Of a DNA stretch of 64,000 nucleotides, positions 26,860-35,800 are shown piece after piece. Where the stretch lies: the NCBI GenBank assembly GCA_963702895.1, contig OY969767.1:704001-768000 (forward strand), given 5' to 3'. The notes under the pieces are model-generated. The model saw only the letters and a list, made by a program, of their open reading frames with translations. It was not told where the DNA came from and made no database searches. How positions within the stretch are numbered: position 1 is the first letter of the stretch; the number at the start of each line of letters is the position of its first letter. The position numbers and the translations under genes were made by a program. This DNA comes from an uncultured Elusimicrobia bacterium. GTDB taxonomy: Bacteria > Elusimicrobiota > Elusimicrobia > 2-01-FULL-59-12.

Positions 26860-29800
26860 ATGATAACGCGATACTTATCGTGGTTGTATCGGCGTATCGG
26901 AGTATCGGCGTATCGGCGTATCGGAGTCACGGCCGTTACCCCGACACTCCGATACTCCGTTGCGCCGTCGCCTTTACCCCGATACCCCGTTACCCCGATA
27001 CCCCGTTACGATGTTTCGCTCTTCGCCTCTCGCTCCTCTGTCTTCTCTCGCTTCTTAGCCGTCTCCCTCTCTCTCTCGATGATCCTCACCGCGCCGGGCA
27101 CAACCGCCTGGGCGGAAGTCAGGTCTCAGAATGAGACGGAGCAATTAAAGGTCACCTCGGATAATGAGCCAGGAAAAAACTACAAGTCTTTAATCAAAAA
27201 CCCCAAGGCTGGTGGCGAAGCCATTCAATTGCTGCAAGCGCTTGCCAATTTGGGTATGGAACTTGGCTCTCGATTCGTAAAGCCTCAATCGATCTCCTCG
27301 ATGGCAGCTTTTCCCTTTGGTGGGCGTGGAGTTGAAAAAGGTGACGCCCAATACGCGAATCCCATCATCGTGCAGCACGATGTTGCGAATCTTGGTCATG
27401 ATGTGCGCACGTATCTGGGCGACATCCCAGTCATTGATTTAGACGAATCGGCTGCAACTCCTGACCAGTTGAGATATGGTGTCGCCAAACGGATGTTCGA
27501 GAGCATTGTTCACCCTGAACGAGATTCGCTTGAGGGTGGTACTGAAAAGGCTGGCGCGCCCGCATCCAATGCTTCCGTAGCCTCAGCAAATCCGAACGCG
27601 GGAGAAGAGCTTAATATTCCTCATATGCTGGAAATTCTGAAAAGCCAGCTTGGGGAAGCGGACAAGTCTGGAAAGGCGCGAGGCGGAGTTGTCGACGCCT
27701 ATCAGACGATGGTGGATGAATATAAGAACCTTTACGTTTCTAACGGTGTAGCAATAAAGATCAATCAGTATCTTCTAACGAAAACCAAAGCCGAACTTAA
27801 TGAGCTCGCTGTCGTCATCAATCAGTTAGAGATACAGAAAGCGACATGCGGCGGCGTGTTCACCCCGGCCTGTGTAGCTGTTGGCCGGCAACTTTCTGAT
27901 GCGCATGCAAAAAAGAAAGAGTTGCTCAAGAGACAAGCTGAATATGAAACAGCTTTGCGAGAAGCACAAGAATATTTCGCGGTGGCCAAACAGATGCTTC
28001 AACAGCTGCGGCAGGCTTCTTCAAATCCGAAGATGTTTGACTTTGACCACATGCTCAAGGGAGAAAAAGCTGAAGGTTATGACACTTCAAAGAGCCTTGA
28101 TGGTGTCATAGATGAGAGATATAACGACTGGAAAATGAAGCAAAGCAACAATGTCTTCGGAACGCTGACCAATTCTGTAGGCAGTTGGATATGGGCCCAC
28201 AAAGGGGCGATTATTGGTGCGGCGGTGGGCTTAGCGGCTGTAGCGGGCGTGATCGTATTTGCGCCAGCCGTGATTACGGGAGTTGCGGTGGCAGCCGTCA
28301 CCAAAGCGGCATTATTCGTCGGCGCGACTGCCGCTCCTGCTGCATTGACCACTGCGGCAGGTTGGGTCGCTGGGACGACGGCATTGGGAATCGGAGGTAC
28401 TGTAGGTGCGATGGCAGGGTCGCAATATGATGCAGGCGTGTTGTCAGCGAATCAGGCGACCATCCAGGCGGATGCAGCGCGAGCCGAGAGTACAGCATAT
28501 CGTCAAAAAACAGGAGCTTGGTTTGACCAATTGAAGGCATCCGGAGCCTCCCAAGATGCGTTAAGTAAGTTTCTTGCCGAGAGTGCGCGCAACGGACATG
28601 CCATGGATGCCGCCAAGACATTGCTGGCCGCTCAAAACGCGGCGGCTACAGCTTATAAGAACCTCGTCGGTATCGCTGCTCAATTACAAGATATCTTAAG
28701 TGGTGGGAACAATGCGCGTGATCAGTTCTTGCGTATAGCCAAGGCTTTAGGCGGTAGCTCCGTAGAGAATACCCTAGCGTCCAATTTGCGTAACGGCATG
28801 AAGTTGAACGATGCTGCCAATCATCTCTTCTCTTATCATTCCAATAATGTGTTGAAGTCTGTAGGCCAATCGTTCCAAGAGGGAATGCAATCATCATTCA
28901 TGAAAGGGCTTGAACAAACACGCAATGAGGTGAAAAGTGCCCAAGAGAATGCAAATAAAGTCCGACAATCAATCTTCCAGGCAGCCCAGAGCGGAGACCA
29001 TGATGCTCTAGCATTTGCGCGACAGAACGGAATGCAGTGGTTCGACTCTTATACAGGCGAACTCAGCCAAAATGCGTTCGATACTTCTCTCAAAGACCCG
29101 ACATCTGTTGGTCACTCATATGGGGACTACTCAACCCGCGTTCACAACACCTACAGTGGTGTGTCAAACCCGATATCGCCAATTGTAACAGCAGTGAAAG
29201 ATGCTTGGGGAGACTCAAGCGTGCTTCAGGATGGTGTAGTAGGAACGATTGGCCGCGTGGCCTGGGCGGGCGCCACAAGTGCTGTGAATTCTGTATTTGA
29301 GGTCGTCATGGATCCGGCCATGGCGGCTGGTGGTGCCATCTTCTCATTGAGTGGGAGCGCCATGCAGCGGTTTGGGGATACATATACCGGCCAGTGGCTC
29401 CAAACGGTTGGTGCTTCCCAATTCGGCAATACCGTCTTTTCACGCTCGCTAGGCGGCAATGCCTCCAGAGCCGTTCAATTTATGACAGGCGTCTCGGATC
29501 AAGAGCTGCTGCTTGACTACTCAAGCGGTCAGGGCCTCTTTAATACGAGAAATAGCCAATTCAACAGCTTCCTTAATACAACCAGACAAGAGCTGTTGCA
29601 GGAGGGCCAGCTGATGTCAAATGGTGCTGACGTTCTTAGCACCGTAAATATCAAAACAGCAAGTATGCGAGTGGGATCTCATGGCATCAGCGATTTATAT
29701 GCTGGCAATTACCTCTCAGGTGCGGCAAAGTTGGTGGGCGCAGGCTTGTCTATCGGCGGTCAGACGATGCTGGACATGGGCTCTTCCATGGGCGTTTTCA

Positions 29801-32800
29801 ATACGGGTATTGGGTATCTTGGTAAAGGTAATGCTTTTGTCCGTTCTGCCCTTCAAACTACCTTCGTACGTCTCCCTATGGCCCAATTTGGAATCGGAAT
29901 GGCGCATGACATGCGGAATATGTGGGAAGGCGTCCTCGCAGGAATGCATGGTGACACAGCCACGTCTGCCAAACTCTTTGGCAGTGGGTTGGTGGATTTT
30001 GCGGGGACGGCAGCTGGAATGACCGGCTTGGGCAGCATGCGTGCGGGAGCGCGTGCGGCTGGTGAACTGGGGAAGGGTGCTCCCGTCATGCAGCGGGCAC
30101 AGGCATACGCTTCCGGGTTTGCCCGTGACTTCGCGCCACGTCTCGTTTTCGAGACTGGGAAGCTGGGAATTCAGGGTGGATTGGTTTTGGCCGGTGGTGG
30201 CCTCATGGGTGGCGAGGGAGCCTTAGGGGGTGCTCTAGGCGGTGTGAAGGCCATTGAGATTGCTCCCCATCTTCCTGATTATGTACGTCTTCAGGCAGAT
30301 GAAATCAGAGTGGCCAATGACGTTGCTGCACGGGCCAGCATCAACACACCAGCCCAGGCTGAGAAAGCAGGGTATGCGACTCGGATTTATGAAAGGGCCC
30401 TATCGCGCTTTAGCGAATCCCAACTGAGTGCAATAGCCAAAGGTGAGGCTGGCCCAACGATAGACCTGGGTGCGAAGAACCCAGGCCTATCCTTAACACA
30501 ATCCAAAGTAGGTCGTTTCTTGCTTCGTGTAATGGGGAGCGAACCCGTCAATCCAGACAATACGCTGGCCGCATCCTTCAAGGTCGATGCCTCGAACCCT
30601 TACTTAAAAAAAGCGGCTGAAAATGTGCTCGTCAAACGAGTGGTGCCACAATCGACCGGGACCATAGCTGAGGCGCTCCGCGCTGGCTATCGTGAAGTAA
30701 GGTCCATGTTGAGCCCAGAGCCTGCGATGCAATTGGTGGGTGTTGGTGGCATGGTGCTAGGCGAATTTTCTGCCCCGAGAGAAATCACGCGTCAGTCTGT
30801 GGCGTCGAGATCTTCTCAGGCCCCTCAGGAGGCCACTCAGCCTTCAAGGTTCCAGAGGTACAAAATCTTCAGGGCTGAACGCGTGCAAAGCCCAATCGAA
30901 GCACTTAAGCGTCTGCATGAAACAACAGTTCAAGCAGGAGAAGCGTTGCGTGCTAACCCAAGCGATGCGAACTTAGCAAGAGCCTATAAAAAGGCGGCAG
31001 CCCGCGAACTGAGCGCGGTAGGTGAAGTTCGTGACATCCTGATTTTGCGAGGGGGTGCTGAGTCTGGAATCCGGGATATTGCGGAGACCTTAAGGCGCAC
31101 GAGGGAAGCTAATCATGAATTGAGTCGACTTGCGGATGAAGCAGGAGCGCATGTCAGTATAGCCGTGGGTTCCGAGGCGCTGGCACGCGCAGGCAACAAT
31201 GCGACTCCCTTACAGGTAGCGGAGGCAAAGTTCCGCCAGGCTTCGGGCGTTGCGCAGCTGGCGCGGGCGACGAACGATGGGACAGTGCCGGCGCGCCAAG
31301 CAACGTATAAAGCCTATGCTGAACTTGAAAGAGCGCGCGCTGACCTGCTTGAAGCGCAGTTGCGTGCAGATGAAGCGCAGAAACCTTCATCAGGGGGCCC
31401 TGATGCGCGGCTTGCGGAATTGCGGGCTCAAGAGGTGCGGGCTCAGGTCGCGGTAAGCCGTGCTCAAGCGGAGGCCCTCGAGAGCATGGCTCGCAGTCGT
31501 GGCGAATTGAACGCGGCGAGTGATCGTCTTAAAGCGGTACGACAGGCAGCGCAAGAAGCAAGAGACGTACGTGTCGGAGAGGAAATTGAACAAGCAGGGC
31601 GGTATCGAGCGCGCCTCCAGGAGCAGGAAGCGATCCTTAGCGACTCCTCACGAGCAAACGATCACGCTCAGGCTGTTCGGGCTAAGAAGGCTCTTGAAGC
31701 CGAACAATATCTCGCGAAGCTCAAGGCTGAAGGCGAGCATCCCGCAGCGGGTAGATACATCGAGGCAGAGCAGCAGGCTGCTTATCTCCGGCGCTTGGCA
31801 GACAAAGGGCTTGATCCCGTAACAGTGCGCGATAAGATACTGCATCCTGTTGCATCTTTGCGACGATCATCTGCCTTGCGTCAGTTAACCAAAGCAGTTC
31901 ATCAAGAAGTTGTATTCAAAAAGGCTCTCGATGGTGTCGTATCCAAGTTGTCGCCAAAAGTTCAGGCTGATGGGGAATGGGTGCGGTCGCTTCTTTCCGG
32001 AACTGATCCAGCGGCAAGGTTAGCTGAAGTTCGATATAACTTCGAAGATATTAGGGCAGAAGATTCGCCCGATGGACTGGCCTATAAGAAAGGTACATAT
32101 CGCTTCGAGATCACGAAAAAAGGTCTGGAAGGAAATGAGGGAGCGTTACTCCAACAAAGGATAACTGAATTAAATCGCGGACTCCAGAAGATTGCTGAAG
32201 CAGTTGGGATTGATGGCCTATTCCGGACACAGATCAATCAAATTCTTCAGGCTATTGGTGTGCCTCGTACATTTATTGTTGAAGGGACTGGCGGAGGCAA
32301 GACCAAAGTGATCACGCCGGCGCTCGCCTACTTGTTGAAATCGGTATATGGCGATGCGATCGGGAGGGTTACGGTTGCTTTGCCGGATACCAATTTGTTG
32401 CGCGGCGCATACAGTGAAGTTGGAATAGTCTACGAAAAACTCTACGGCAAAGGTGGAGTTTATAAATTGGAGGGCGATGCCATTAAGGGACAGGGCATCG
32501 CATCAGTTATCGAGAGTGTACGTAAGGCCAAGGTCATCTATACGACACGCGATACACTGAAACAGCTTGAAATGCAATATTCCGCTTCTGCAATGTCATC
32601 GCCAAAAGAAGTGGAGTTGTACAAGCTGCTCATTGATAAAGGCGTCATCATTGCCGATGAAGCCCATCAGTTGCGAAAAGTAGATCTTATACAAGGCAAT
32701 GATGGAACGCAGCCGCTTCGAATCGCTAACCGTGAAATGAATGACGCGATGCTTCGCGTAGATGCCGTGCTAGAGTCAATGAGAAATGACCCTCAATACA

Positions 32801-35800
32801 AAGCCTACCAAGACTTTCTGTCTCGTACTGGATTTAGAGACAACTACGATTCGTTTTATCGCTTCATGGCTGAACATGTTGCAGAAGACGGCTCGTTCAG
32901 CTCCTCGTTTTTGCAGGCTTATGCAAAGGCAAGTCAAGGTCGAGTGAACATGAAAGACCTGCGAAACCCCCGCTCATTTGCAATGGAGAATGAAGCGGCA
33001 GCGCTGCGAGGCTTTGGGGAAGCTGTGACCATCGCGCACCAATCGGAAAACGGCTATGGGCTTCATGCGAAAGCAAAGCCAGGCCAAGTTGTTCCTATGT
33101 CCCTGGGAGAGCCCAACCCAACTATGCGATGGAGCGATTCGGCGATGACAGGGGCGCGCCAGATCGTAGGTGCGAGGCGTCTTTCAGATGCAAAGCAATG
33201 GAACAAGGAGGGTAGGGCAGATCTCAGCGCGAAAAGCTTGCTTGAAAATGCCGAGACCAATGGGTCATCCGTGAGAGTTACCGACCTCAGTTATCTCAAA
33301 CGGTTCATGGGTGTGATCGAGCTGTCGGGATCGCCACAAGGCGTGATTCAGCGCGAAGCGGTTGACCTTGGTCTCATGGCGCCGAGGAATTATCAGGACT
33401 CTTCTCCAATGGCCCGGCTGCTCGAACGAGGGATGAATTGGATTCGAGGTCAGGATGTGAAAAATGTTCAGGATGTCAAAGAGATGGCAGCGCTTGCGGC
33501 CAGAGAGATCGAAGGACGACAAGTTGCCGTCATTGGAATTGAGTCCAATCAACTGCATGGTTTCGAGTATTCAAAGGCTTTGGTCGATAGACTATCGAAA
33601 GAGCCTGGTCGAATCGTCTTAGTCCAAAGCGGGCCTAAAGTCGAGATCTTTAGAGATGGTGTGAAGCTCGGCGAAAGACCCTCGGGCGAACTGGGTGACA
33701 TTTTAACGAGTCGCGAAGCTCAAGAACGCTACCTCGGAGGCCCGCTTGGCAAACAGAAGATCGCGATCGTTCTTGATCAAGGAGGGGTCACAGGGACTGA
33801 CATCAAAATACCATTTAAGCCCGCCAAGGTATTGCAGTCTTTGGAAAGATTTGCTGATGGTGCGCGTCGGGACAGTCTGCGCGCAGACGAGCTCGAACAG
33901 ATTCGCCTGGATCCGGCTGCGCGTCGTTTGTTCAGCGAAGACGGAAGGCTGATAGGTTCACTGGATCAAGTGCGCAATCGAATTGTTGAACTGAAGACTT
34001 CAGAAATGGTGAGCCGGCTATTACGTGGAGATCCACTGACTGAAGTGGAAGCTCGTAGCTTGAAAGCAGGCCTTGAAACGCTGGCTCGCTCTGGGGATAA
34101 GGCGGCTGGGGATCTTTCACGGATCGTAAAGGGAATCCAAGATGCTGAATTCGCGAAAGTTGAGGTCTTGAAAGATAAAGGTTTATTCGATCAGGCCAAC
34201 CCCGCGGCCAGGGAGATGTATCGAGGCGTGTTCAGTGAATATTTAGATAGTGGACCCAAATTCATTTCCGTGGGAGGCAAAGAGACAGCCTCCAAGCGGC
34301 TCGTTCAAACAGTCGGCCGCGATCGTGGCATTGATGTCGCGGCGTATGGGTACCACTCCAAGACGGTCATCAAAATTACAGGCGAGCCGATTGAAGAACC
34401 ATCCAGACGTCTGACAGATTTACTCAAAACCACAGAAATCAATGAGGCACGAAACAATCAAGAAGACTTATACCAAGGCTTTGTATCTGCGCTGACTGAA
34501 AACATGCTTAGCCGTTTTGATCATATGCTTACCAATATTGATCCGGGAATGGGGGGGCGGCGTGTAAAGGCGGAACGAGATGCCGTGATCTCGGCACGGA
34601 AGGCTTTTGAAAAGAGAGCAGGTCTTAACAGTAATCTGGTCGTCGGAAAGCGTACGAAGGCTTTTCAAGCGCTTCAGCAAGATGTCGTCCGGTTGCAGGA
34701 GACATTTGAGCGCGTCACGAAAGAATACAGGAGCGCTCTTGGGAAAGCAAATCGTGCATTTGTCGACACGATGAATCAGAATCAAGTGCGTCTTGCTTTT
34801 AATGAAGGGTCTCAGGGATGGAAAGCGTCGGATGGTATTGATTCAAAGCAAAGACTGTTTAATCCATCACCCGTAGCTGAGGGGCAGGCTGGAGCAGGGC
34901 GCCCAGCTGCTGAAATTCAAGGCCTGGTAGGTCTCGGCTTCAGTGAAGCTGTCAGTCGAATTGGACGGGCTCTCAAAGCCAGTGATTTGGATTTTGAAAT
35001 AGGGCAGCCTCAAAAAACGGCTGTGACATCCGCAGAAAATCTCATTTCGTACGCACAAGACCGCCTGGCTGCATCGCGGTCCAGCGTGGTGTCTGTTCGC
35101 GATCTCCTTGAAATTCAGCGCGCCTCTGTTCGTGCAGCCAATAGCCTGGGACCTAACGGACATCTGCCGCCGGTTGTGGGGATGATTGCTTCAGTTGGCG
35201 CTTCGCCCGATGATATTAAGGAGATCTTAACGCGAGAGCCTAAGATCAAAGGAGCAAACCCCGACACGCCGGATGCTCTTCCTGACTTTGTTCCGAAATT
35301 ACAGACAGCGGGACCGTCACAACGGGTGGCGGCTAGTATGAATGGTGTTGCTGACGACCTCAGGCAGGGATGGATGAGTTCCAAGGGTTACAAGAAACCA
35401 CTAGCAGCGCTTGCCAATGCCGTTCGCTCTTATGGAAGTGGACAGGTCACGGATTCTGGACGATTTAATATTGCTCTGAATGCGTACAAAGCAGCGCCCG
35501 CGTTGGTCGGCCATGCGTTTCTGCCTGAATTAGCGTTGAACAACGCACAAGCAGCCAGAGAGTCGCTTTCTGCAATGCAAAGCGCTTTGAGTGAAGCCAA
35601 GGACCCATTAGTTACTCGTAGTCTGGAACGATCGATTCAGATTGCTCAGAACGCCCCGCGGGCGGCCGTCGAATCCGACCCCGGCTACACCGTCGTGCGG
35701 GAGGGCCAGGGCGCGCAGGCGGCCGTGGCGGTGCACGTGACGGGGGCGACGGCCGAGCTCACGAGAGGCATCCTGAGCCTGCTGAAGTATGCCGCGGCCT

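Noticed and set aside
32200..34400. Housekeeping secA
   Set aside because: Highly divergent and embedded mid-way in a ~3,940-aa protein; no gene symbol assigned.
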